The notes below the pieces were generated by a model that was not told where the DNA came from, searched no databases, and worked only from the letters and a program-made list of their open reading frames with translations. Source: Heyndrickxia ginsengihumi (GTDB taxonomy: Bacteria; Bacillota; Bacilli; Bacillales; Bacillaceae_C). Taken from it: a stretch of DNA of 32,000 nucleotides. Where the stretch lies: the NCBI RefSeq assembly GCF_011008565.1, contig NZ_JAAIWK010000003.1, positions 1,300 to 33,299 of the forward strand, written 5' to 3'. Each line of letters begins with the position of its first letter. Position 1 is the first letter of the stretch. Shown piece after piece: positions 7,577 to 14,984 of the stretch. The position numbers and the translations under genes are program-made.

Positions 7577-8071
7577 ATGGAAAAAATATTATCTAGAGGA
7601 TTGCTAGTTTTATATTTAGTGATACTAATCTGGTTAGTGCTATTCAAATTACAATACAATATTTTGTCAGTATTTCATTATCATCATAGAAGCCTTAACT
7701 TAATTCCATTTGCGGGTCCTTCAATAATAAATGGAAGTTTCGGAGAGATAAGAGATAATGTTATAATCTTTATTCCTTTAGGCTTGCTTTTGAATGTCAA
7801 TTTCAAAAAAGTTGGATTTTTACTTAAGTTTGCTTTTATACTGGTTTTAAGCCTTATTATTGAATTATTTCAATTTATTTCAGCTATTGGAGCGACAGAC
7901 ATAACAGATGTCATTACAAATACTGTTGGAGGCTTTCTTGGACTGGAATTATATGTTTTAAGCAGTAAGTATGTTAATAATAAAATATTAGACAGAGTTA
8001 TTATTTTTGTTGGTATACTTTTGCTCGTATTATTGCTCGATTACCGTACCCATTTAAGAATAAATTATTGA
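7577..8071 (+). CDS. vanZ: VanZ (Tn1546-type teicoplanin-resistance membrane protein)
   Basis: 164 aa, SD AGAGGAG 7565-7571. Near-collinear with remembered Tn1546 VanZ: KILSRGLL.LYLV.LIWLVLFKLQYNILSVF, IGATDITDVITNTVGGFLGL, DRVIIFVGILLLVLLL.YRTHLRINY. Very AT-rich. Confidence 0.9.
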   Translation: MEKILSRGLLVLYLVILIWLVLFKLQYNILSVFHYHHRSLNLIPFAGPSIINGSFGEIRDNVIIFIPLGLLLNVNFKKVGFLLKFAFILVLSLIIELFQFISAIGATDITDVITNTVGGFLGLELYVLSSKYVNNKILDRVIIFVGILLLVLLLDYRTHLRINY

Positions 8072-8161
8072 GAGATGTCTAAACCAAACAACCTGATTTT
8101 GCATTTCATCTTGCATACGCATAAAAATATTGAATGAATTGGATTAGATGGAACACGGTAA

Positions 8162-8399
8162 GTGGGAAACTTTCCTGTAGGTGTAAAGTAAGAGAAAAAC
8201 CAACGATATTAGCTTGATCTTTTAGTTTAAGCTTATGCTTTGAATGCTTGCAGTTTGTTTTTTTATCGGAGTTTTTGATGTGGATGAGCTAATATTAAAC
8301 ACTTCTGGGGGATTGCTTGGCTATTGTGCTATTAAGCTTTATAGTAATATAGTAAATACCTCAAGCATTATCCATGATAGAAATGTTGTTGAAAAATAG
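8162..8399 (+). pseudogene. VanZ-like family gene, 3' fragment, decayed (three frames, stops, indel in a T7 run)
   Basis: VGNFPVGVK* (8162-8191), then ..SFSLSLCFECLQFVFLS in a second frame, then GVFDVDELILNTSGGLLGYCAIKLY...EK* (8268-8399) in a third. Together these parallel the VanZ motifs N..F.P.G / SL..E..QF / D..D.I.N..GG.LG. The last frame switch falls at T7, 8258-8264. Confidence 0.6.
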
Positions 8400-8526
8400 G
8401 AATTTAAAAATATTGAGGAAGGTGAAACGTATCATAAGTAAATGAGGTTTTTATTTAATATGCTTAAAGGGTTCACTCCCGAAATGATTGCATTCACCAT
8501 AAAAAAATTTTAGATAGGATGACAAG

Positions 8527-9723
8527 ATGAAAAAAGATGTCACTTTAACGGTAAAGGGCAAATTTGTAAATAAATATAAAAGCGGTTATCCGCTCATATC
8601 AAAGGAAGCCATCATTAATTTTAACGAAGTTACTGAAGAAGGAACCATTATCCGCCTCGTTGATGAAAAGAATAAGTTCATAGCAAAAGGCTATTTTGGC
8701 AAACAAAACAAAGGCTACGGATGGGTTTTTAGTAGAAATGAGAAGGAACAGATAGACCAAAGTTTTTTTGAGAATAAATTGAGAGCTGCAATCAACTATA
8801 GAGAGTCGTTTTTTAATAATCCGGATACTAATGCCTTCAGAATAGTAAATGGTGAAGGGGATGGTTTAGGCGGATTAACTATAGAGTATTTTGATGGTTA
8901 TTATTTAATCAACTGGTATAGCAAAGGAATTTATCGCTTTCGGGAGTATATTATAAATGCCTTGAAAGGATTGGTTGAGTTTAAAGCAATTTATCAAAAG
9001 AAAAGATTTGATGTCAGCGGGAAATATATAGAAGATGATGATTTTGTAGCGGGAGAAAGAGGGACATTCCCGATTATCGTAAAAGAAAATGGAGAACACT
9101 TTGCTGTTTACTTAAATGAAGGTGCGATGGTTGGTATATTTTTAGATCAAAGGGATGTAAGAAAAAGAATCCGGGACAGTTATGCGAACGGAAAGAACGT
9201 CCTAAACACATTTTCCTACACAGGTGCGTTTTCAGTGTTTGCTGTCTTAGGAGGCGCAGCCAAAACGACAAGTGTGGATTTAGCAAATAGAAGTTTAGGC
9301 AAGACCATTGAGCAGTTTAGCTTGAACGGGATAGATTATGATTCACAGGATATCATTGTTGAAGATGTGTTCCATTATTTTAAGTATGCGGTGAAAAAAC
9401 AGCTGAAGTTTGAAATGGTTATACTCGATCCTCCAAGTTTCGCAAGGTCAAAAAAGATAGTTTTTAGCGCTGAAAAGGACTATAAAAATCTTTTAAAGGA
9501 AGCTATTTCCATAACAGCAGATAATGGGATTATCGTAGCATCCACCAATTCTAGCTCTTTTAATATGAAAAAATTTAAAAGCTTTATTGATCAGGCGTTT
9601 AAGGAAACAAAAAGGAAATACCAGCTAGTTGAGGAATTTTCCCTTCCAAAAGACTTTAAAACAATAAAAGAATACCCTGAGGGTAGCTATCTTAAGGTTG
9701 TGTTTATAAAGAATTTGCCATAG
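8527..9723 (+). CDS. class I SAM-dependent rRNA methyltransferase, RlmI / YwbD-like (PUA + MTase domains)
   Basis: 398 aa. N-terminal PUA-like region; NTFSYTGAFSV SAM-binding region; ILDPPSFA catalytic motif typical of RlmI-family m5C methyltransferases. Confidence 0.8.
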   Translation: MKKDVTLTVKGKFVNKYKSGYPLISKEAIINFNEVTEEGTIIRLVDEKNKFIAKGYFGKQNKGYGWVFSRNEKEQIDQSFFENKLRAAINYRESFFNNPDTNAFRIVNGEGDGLGGLTIEYFDGYYLINWYSKGIYRFREYIINALKGLVEFKAIYQKKRFDVSGKYIEDDDFVAGERGTFPIIVKENGEHFAVYLNEGAMVGIFLDQRDVRKRIRDSYANGKNVLNTFSYTGAFSVFAVLGGAAKTTSVDLANRSLGKTIEQFSLNGIDYDSQDIIVEDVFHYFKYAVKKQLKFEMVILDPPSFARSKKIVFSAEKDYKNLLKEAISITADNGIIVASTNSSSFNMKKFKSFIDQAFKETKRKYQLVEEFSLPKDFKTIKEYPEGSYLKVVFIKNLP

Positions 9724-9756
9724 AAAAAAGGCAAATCATATCAATCCAGTAAAGCG

Positions 9757-9794
9757 AGGAATGGCATAGCTATTGGTCATTCCTATTTGTTTTG
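9757..9794 (+). terminator. intrinsic terminator after the methyltransferase gene
   Basis: AGGAATG (9757-9763) / CATTCCT (9778-9784) stem, extendable with one mismatch, followed by ATTTGTTTTG. Confidence 0.55.
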
Positions 9795-10032
9795 CAAGCT
9801 GTTAATAGATATTCACACATTCCAAAGGTCTACATTAAATTGTTTTAAAACTCTCACTTAGATACGTTATGGCGAACCGTTCCATAAGTCGAAAATTATT
9901 TTTTAACTTTGTATTATATACATTAGGGGAACTTGATTTTTACTGGATATCTTTTAGAAAAAAACGAAAGAAAAGTTATTTGTAAATGTTGATTTCCTTA
10001 GTTAAACTTCATAAGGCAAGGTGGATATAAAT

Positions 10033-10665
10033 ATGCTTAAAGAGGCTTGTGTAGAAAATTTTACGAATGTCCCCGAATTAATTTCTAAAGGGGCTGGCAG
10101 GATTGAACTTTGTGACAACCTTACAGTAGGAGGCACAACAGTAAGTCATGGTGTAGCGGAAGTAACTATTAACTATTGCCATGGTAAAAACATTAAGGTT
10201 ATGGCCATGATAAGGCCAAGAGGCGGGAATTTTGTTTATAGTAAAGAAGAACTGGAAATGATGAAGCAGGATCTTGTTCATTTAAAGGAATTAGGAACCG
10301 ATGGAGTCGTGCTTGGTTGTTTAAATGACACTGGCTGGATTGATGAAGAGGCAATGATCACCTTACTAGATTTAGCAAAAGGATTGGAGGTAACCTTCCA
10401 CATGGGGTTTGATCAAATAAGCTCTGGAAATCAGTTTAAAGCGATTGATTGGCTGGTAAAACACGGAGTAAATCGAATCTTAACCCATGGAGGTCCGGCG
10501 GATACTAAAATCGCAGATAATCTAGTCAGGTTAAAGGAATATATTGACTATGCAAATGGCAGAATCATTATCCTCCCTGGTGGAGGAGTTTCTAATAAAA
10601 ACCTTCATTTAATCACATCTGTATTGAATATAAGAGAAGTTCATGGAACAAAGATAGTCGATTGA
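10033..10665 (+). CDS. cutC: copper homeostasis protein CutC family
   Basis: RIELCDNL..GGTT, MIRPRGGNFVYS..E...M..D, TFHMGFD and ILTHGG are CutC TIM-barrel signatures. Start set at ATG 10033, 7 nt after AAGGTGGA; the track GTG 10021 lies inside the SD. Confidence 0.85.
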   Translation: MLKEACVENFTNVPELISKGAGRIELCDNLTVGGTTVSHGVAEVTINYCHGKNIKVMAMIRPRGGNFVYSKEELEMMKQDLVHLKELGTDGVVLGCLNDTGWIDEEAMITLLDLAKGLEVTFHMGFDQISSGNQFKAIDWLVKHGVNRILTHGGPADTKIADNLVRLKEYIDYANGRIIILPGGGVSNKNLHLITSVLNIREVHGTKIVD

Positions 10666-10935
10666 AAGGGTAATGCTTCTTATCCTCATTAATCAAACGA
10701 TGTATGAATAAACTTCATTTAGTTACTTAGTAGTGAACATGTACCATAAGAAATGGAAAGTAGAGATTTGAATTAGTCCGGCAATTGTTTGATAACGGAA
10801 CTTCACTTATGGAAGTCTGTGCTTTTGCTTGATCTGTATATGGGTGACACAATAAAAAAAAGAGGCTGGTACAAAAGTATATTAACGAAAGAAAAACCGA
10901 ATATTGCGTTCCAACCCCGCTTTGAAAATATCCTT

Positions 10936-10963
10936 CGTTTTCCGCGGGATTTCGGAGCTGATT
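10936..10963 (+). repeat. copy A of a short dispersed intergenic repeat (TTTCCGCGGGAT..GGAGC core)
   Basis: cgttttccgcgggatttcggagctgattt resembles 21558-21585 and 29413-29440. It lies inside the probably spurious ORF 10789-10983. Confidence 0.3.
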
Positions 10964-11037
10964 TATGCAATATCCGTCTTTAGCTAACCACTTTTGAGTT
11001 TTCTCCCAGCTTCTCTTTTAGCTTTCAGAATTTGAAA

Positions 11038-11478
11038 CTATGATAATACTACAATTTTACGAGCAATAGATTCTGTTAAACGAGTTGTTGCTTTTGGAAC
11101 AGCCCATTTAATAATAGGTGTTAATACTGCACCTGATATTCCGCCTGCATGGACTTCTACGGTACAAGTCATGGCCGTTTTACCATTACCATCTTCTGCA
11201 GTAATATGTCCGCTTCCTGTAAAATTATCTGATAAACCTTTTAGTTCAAATTTAATATTTGAAGGTTCATTCCATTCGGTAATGTCTACCTGCACTTCTA
11301 CTGTCTTTTTAATACCTTTCACACTGCCTTCAAATGTCCAAATTGATTGTTTGTCATTTATGATTTCATGTTCTTTATAGCCGGGTACCGTTGTTGCCCA
11401 TTTTTCAAGATCGCTAATATAATCCCAAACTGCTTGTACATCTGTTGGTATTTCTACTGTGTGTGTTCCTGTTGCCAT
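11038..11478 (-). CDS. SRPBCC-superfamily protein (CoxG / polyketide-cyclase-like ligand-binding fold)
   Basis: About 146 aa. The pattern V..VWDYISD.EKWA..VPG....I......W......G.K..V.V.V.I.EW.EP is typical of the CoxG/SRPBCC family. Start at ATG 11478, 6 nt after GGAAGTGGGG. Confidence 0.7.
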   Translation of the reverse strand: MATGTHTVEIPTDVQAVWDYISDLEKWATTVPGYKEHEIINDKQSIWTFEGSVKGIKKTVEVQVDITEWNEPSNIKFELKGLSDNFTGSGHITAEDGNGKTAMTCTVEVHAGGISGAVLTPIIKWAVPKATTRLTESIARKIVVLS

Positions 11479-11639
11479 TATGATCCCCACTTCCGCTATA
11501 TGAATTGTATATTACATTTCAATAATATAATTAATGTATATAAAGTATCAACTTATATCACTAATTTAACATAGCTTTCCTTTCTCCAATAGTCTGATTA
11601 CTGTAAGAACTCTCCAATTCTTTCAAATCCACATAAAGA

Positions 11640-11679
11640 AAGAATCCGTTTGATCAACTTTTTTCCAAAACGGATTCTT
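11640..11679 (-). terminator. hairpin downstream of the MerR gene (probable terminator)
   Basis: Perfect 12-bp stem AAGAATCCGTTT (11640-11651) / AAACGGATTCTT (11668-11679). On the minus strand it is followed by a T-rich TCTTTATGT tail. Confidence 0.55.
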
Positions 11680-11772
11680 GTTAAGGTTTAAAATACCAAC
11701 TGACTTATTATCAGAACATACTATATATTAGAGCGTTTTTCGGCGTTTTGTAGAAGACATTCGCCATCAATG

Positions 11773-12318
11773 CTATTTTATGATCATTTTTTGCAAAGTC
11801 TGTTTTTGTGTCTCATCAACGAGTGGCAGCATCTTTTTCAGTTTTAACTTTTTTTCCTCTGTTAGGTTATTGAGAGAAGCTCTCATTCTTTCGACTAGCT
11901 CTGGTGTTATATAATTACTTTCATTCATTCGGATCAACTCCATTATTTTTAATAATTGGTCTGTACTTATATGTTGGTTTAATAATATTAGTTTTTGTAG
12001 TTGCTCAAGCTTATTGCGTAGCTTTTCCTTTAACTTTATCTGTTCATTTATGACTTCGAGTTGGGCTTGAACTACGAGCATCGGATCATAATTAGGATTG
12101 ACAATAAAGTTATATATTTCTTCTAATGAAAATCCCAATTGTTTTAAAGATAATATTTGCTGAAGTTTTGACGCATCGGCCTTTGTATATAGCCTATGAC
12201 CAGCTTCGGTAAATTCAGAGGGTACTAATAGACCTATTTGGTGGTAATGGTGCAGTGTTCTTACTGTTATTTCACACTGGCTTGCAAGCTCACCAATTTT
12301 CCAAGTAGTTTTGGGCAT
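11773..12318 (-). CDS. MerR-family transcriptional regulator
   Basis: N-terminal HTH WKIGELASQCEITVRTLHHYHQIGLL, a coiled-coil linker and a C-terminal effector region. SD GAGGT 6 nt before the ATG. Confidence 0.85.
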   Translation of the reverse strand: MPKTTWKIGELASQCEITVRTLHHYHQIGLLVPSEFTEAGHRLYTKADASKLQQILSLKQLGFSLEEIYNFIVNPNYDPMLVVQAQLEVINEQIKLKEKLRNKLEQLQKLILLNQHISTDQLLKIMELIRMNESNYITPELVERMRASLNNLTEEKKLKLKKMLPLVDETQKQTLQKMIIK

Positions 12319-12358
12319 CTTTTTACCTCATTTCGTATGATTGTTTGTCGACAAGTAC

Positions 12359-12389
12359 AGTATAAAACCTAACGTTACGTCAGGTGCAA
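12359..12389 (-). promoter_or_regulatory. MerR-type promoter with 19-bp spacer and internal dyad
   Basis: Minus strand reads TTGCAC-CTGACGTAACGTTAGGTTT-TATACT. The over-long 19-nt spacer is the MerR-family hallmark. The near-dyad CCTGACGT A ACGTTAGG (7 of 8 pairs), spanning the last two bases of the -35 hexamer and the spacer, sits about 40 nt upstream of the MerR start. Confidence 0.6.
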
Positions 12390-12589
12390 GAGGTTTTCAA
12401 TTATTTTATCGATTGTTTATCCTTCCCCAACAAAACTAGATAATAGTTGCTCAGGTATTCCATTAATATAACTAGTAGAAGTACACGAGAATTATTCTTT
12501 AAAGTGCGCAATTGTTGAGCAATACTGATAGAAAGTGATCAAACTTTATTTCAAAACAATATGTGACTTTAGAATAAAGTCGCGAAGTC

Positions 12590-12627
12590 CTCCTTTAGAT
12601 ATGATTTCTAAAGGGGCTTTTTATTTT
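12590..12627 (+). terminator. orphan intrinsic terminator with no upstream ORF
   Basis: CTCCTTTAGA (12590-12599) / TCTAAAGGGG (12607-12616) with one G-U pair and a 7-nt loop, then CTTTTTATTTT. No ORF of 60 aa or more on the + strand between 12319 and 12797. Confidence 0.55.
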
Positions 12628-12797
12628 AAAAGATTCAATATCGCAGGTTCATAGTCTGGAAGTTCGGTTTCAAATTGCTGTTTAGAATGGGTTGAAACTA
12701 CTTCGTAAGTTTTTAAGGATTTTTTATTATTTATCATATTTATTTTTAAATAATCCACAATAATAATAAGTCAATATAAAAAGGTGGTTGATAGTGA

Positions 12798-14138
12798 ATG
12801 ATGGAGGGGCTTTCTGAAAGAGATATTGAAACATTTGCTGAAAAGGTATATGGAACAAATGAAAATAAGGCATTAAGAGATGCGATACTAGCAAATGGAA
12901 TTAATGGTTCAACTCTCAATAGCAATGCTATTATATCTATGAATGATATCTTTTCAGAAGAAATTGAAACAGGAAAAGTAGCAAATCAAAAGAAAAGCGG
13001 AAGATGCTGGATTTTTGCGGCACTGAATACGTTTCGTCATAGGATGAGCGCTCAATTGAATATTAAAGACTTTGAGCTCTCACAAAACTATATGATGTTC
13101 TGGGATAAACTTGAAAAGTCTAACTTCTTTTTAGAAAGTATTTTAAAAACGTTAGATGAACAATTGGAGGACAGACTTGTTTCTTGGCTTTTGACCACGC
13201 CGCAACAAGATGGCGGCCAATGGGATATGTTAGTTTCTCTTGTGAAAAAATATGGTGTGGTTCCAAAACAAGCGATGCCGGAATCATATCAAAGTAGTAA
13301 TTCTTCTGATTTAAATTCTATACTTAATGCGAAGTTGCGGGAGTGTGCACTTGTGTTAAGACGTATGCATGAAGAAGGAAAAGCGGAAAACAAATTACAA
13401 GAAGCAAAGCTTGATATGCTAGCTGATATATACAAAATATTAGTGTTTTTACTTGGAGAACCACCGAAAACTTTTGATTTTGAATACAGAGATGAAGAAG
13501 GTAAGTTCCATCGAGAAATAAATTTAACACCACAAACATTTTTTGAAAAGTATGTCGGCATCAATTTGGATGACTATGTAAGCATTATTAATGCACCAAC
13601 AAAAGATAAACCGTTTGGGAAAACCTTCACTGTGAAATTTCTTGGAAATGTTATTGATGGAAGACAACTGAAATATCTCAATGTTGATATCCAGACTCTT
13701 AAAAGCCTTGCGATTAAACAAATTAAAGATGGAGAAACGGTTTGGTTCGGTTCTGATGTTGCCAGATATTCTGATCGTAAGATAGGGATACTTGATCCAG
13801 AGCTTTTTGATTATGAAGAAGCCTTCGGAACGCATTTTAATCTTACGAAGGCTGAACGTTTGGATTACAAAGAAAGTAGTTTAACTCACGCCATGGTCCT
13901 TACTGGGGTGAATCTTATTGATGGAGAACCGAATCGTTGGAAAGTAGAAAATAGTTGGGGAGAAGATGTGGGGAATAAAGGCTATTTTGTTATGAGTGAT
14001 AAATGGATGGATGAATATACTTATCAAATTGTTGTGAATAAGAAATATTTATCGAAAGAGTTAGTGAAAGCCTATAACCAAGAGCCGATTCAACTCCAGC
14101 CTTGGGATCCAATGGGTTCTCTTGCTATCGTAAAATAA
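12798..14138 (+). CDS. pepC: aminopeptidase C (bleomycin-hydrolase family, peptidase C1B)
   Basis: 446 aa. Active-site QKKSGRCWIFAALNTFRH, HAMVLTGV, ENSWGE, and the C-terminal PWDPMGSLA tail characteristic of PepC. Confidence 0.9.
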   Translation: MMEGLSERDIETFAEKVYGTNENKALRDAILANGINGSTLNSNAIISMNDIFSEEIETGKVANQKKSGRCWIFAALNTFRHRMSAQLNIKDFELSQNYMMFWDKLEKSNFFLESILKTLDEQLEDRLVSWLLTTPQQDGGQWDMLVSLVKKYGVVPKQAMPESYQSSNSSDLNSILNAKLRECALVLRRMHEEGKAENKLQEAKLDMLADIYKILVFLLGEPPKTFDFEYRDEEGKFHREINLTPQTFFEKYVGINLDDYVSIINAPTKDKPFGKTFTVKFLGNVIDGRQLKYLNVDIQTLKSLAIKQIKDGETVWFGSDVARYSDRKIGILDPELFDYEEAFGTHFNLTKAERLDYKESSLTHAMVLTGVNLIDGEPNRWKVENSWGEDVGNKGYFVMSDKWMDEYTYQIVVNKKYLSKELVKAYNQEPIQLQPWDPMGSLAIVK

Positions 14139-14214
14139 AGAAATATAGTTATATTTTGGAGAGTGTGATGAAACTATATAAATCTGGTTTCACATCAATT
14201 GCAATACAAAATCA

Positions 14215-14245
14215 AGCTGGATCCATTTTGGATTCGGCTTTTTTT
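14215..14245 (+). terminator. intrinsic terminator after pepC
   Basis: AGCTGGATCC (14215-14224) / GGATTCGGCT (14230-14239), 10 bp with two G-U pairs, loop ATTTT, then a T6 run. Confidence 0.65.
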
Positions 14246-14573
14246 ATTCCTATAATCCCTTTCATTTCAGTTGGAATACTTATCTTTTTTTTAAACGTTC
14301 TATGCTTTTTCTCTTTCTAGTAAGAATTTGCAGAGAAATATGATGAAAGTGATTCAATTAAAAAGGAAATATCGTTATAATTGTAGATTAAAGGGGGTGC
14401 TTACAAATGGAGAATCACTTCGGATTGTCCCGTACTTCTTTCACTCATGCAAAGCCTATTATTGGAAAGGCGATACTTTGCATGGGGCGAAACATTTAAT
14501 TTTATCGCTGAACTAACTTTCTAATTTAGGCTTTGCACCTTATTTCAACATCAAAATAAGGGGCGGGGCAAAA

Positions 14574-14843
14574 TTGAAATATATTAATGCAAATAAAGTT
14601 TTACCTGAAAAGCTTCTCCTGGAAATTCAAAAATATGTTCAGGGGGAAACACTTTACATTCCTAAGCAGAAAACGGAACATCGGAAATGGGGATCCGTAA
14701 GTGGAGGGAGAGAGCTGATTGATGATCGCAATTCTACCATTAGAAATTTATTTATTAGTGGTAGCAGTATTGAACAACTCGCCAACGAGTATTATCTTTC
14801 AACGGAAACCATTAAGAAAATTGTTTATTCATATAAGAAGTAG
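14574..14843 (+). CDS. small HTH protein (Mor / CD3324-like family)
   Basis: 89 aa, TTG start after AAGGGGCGGGG. The N-terminal VLPEKLLLEIQKYVQGETLYIPK and C-terminal HTH SIEQLANEYYLSTETIKKIVY resemble the small CD3324/Mor-type proteins of Firmicutes, as I remember them. Confidence 0.55.
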   Translation: MKYINANKVLPEKLLLEIQKYVQGETLYIPKQKTEHRKWGSVSGGRELIDDRNSTIRNLFISGSSIEQLANEYYLSTETIKKIVYSYKK

Positions 14844-14849
14844 GAAAAT

Positions 14850-14882
14850 GCACTGGTGAAATCGTTCATCAGTGCGTTTTTT
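14850..14882 (+). terminator. intrinsic terminator
   Basis: GCACTGGTGAA (14850-14860) / TTCATCAGTGC (14865-14875), 11 bp with one G-U pair, loop ATCG, then GTTTTTTG. Confidence 0.8.
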
Positions 14883-14984
14883 GTATAAAACATTTCTAAA
14901 TCATTTTCTCCATTTCAGAAGTTCGCTGTCTTTTTTAAAATAGCTGTAAGGAGAAGTATAGCAGAATGATAGGAGAGACAATTA

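Noticed and set aside
1-8526. Tn1546/Tn3-type transposase, resolvase or 38-bp terminal inverted repeats flanking the van genes.
   Set aside because: I found no ORF with transposase or resolvase character, and no GGGGTAGCGTCAGG-like repeat on either side. The cluster does not look like an intact transposon.
10789-10983. 64-aa ORF in the cutC-SRPBCC spacer, and the 60-aa ORF at 21481-21663 (minus strand).
   Set aside because: Both are built around copies of the dispersed short repeat, lack an SD, and have low-complexity translations.
11616-11630. TTCAAATCC, reminiscent of a tRNA T-arm.
   Set aside because: There is no preceding GG, no acceptor or anticodon stems, and no cloverleaf can be drawn. 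I saw no tRNA or rRNA genes in the window.
14168-14320. 51-aa hydrophobic small ORF (MKLYKSGFTSIAIQ...) after pepC, within track ORF 14102-14320.
   Set aside because: It contains the pepC terminator hairpin and its T-run (14215-14245). The hydrophobicity comes from T-rich terminator sequence.
14328-14516. 62-aa ORF, and an alternative 30-aa ORF (14407-14499, MENHFGLSRTSF..., after AAAGGGGGTG), upstream of the small HTH gene. Considered as a possible leader peptide.
   Set aside because: The two overlap in different frames, neither has a recognisable family, and the region also carries a promoter-like TTCAAT-17-TATAAT. The evidence is insufficient to choose or to call either one.
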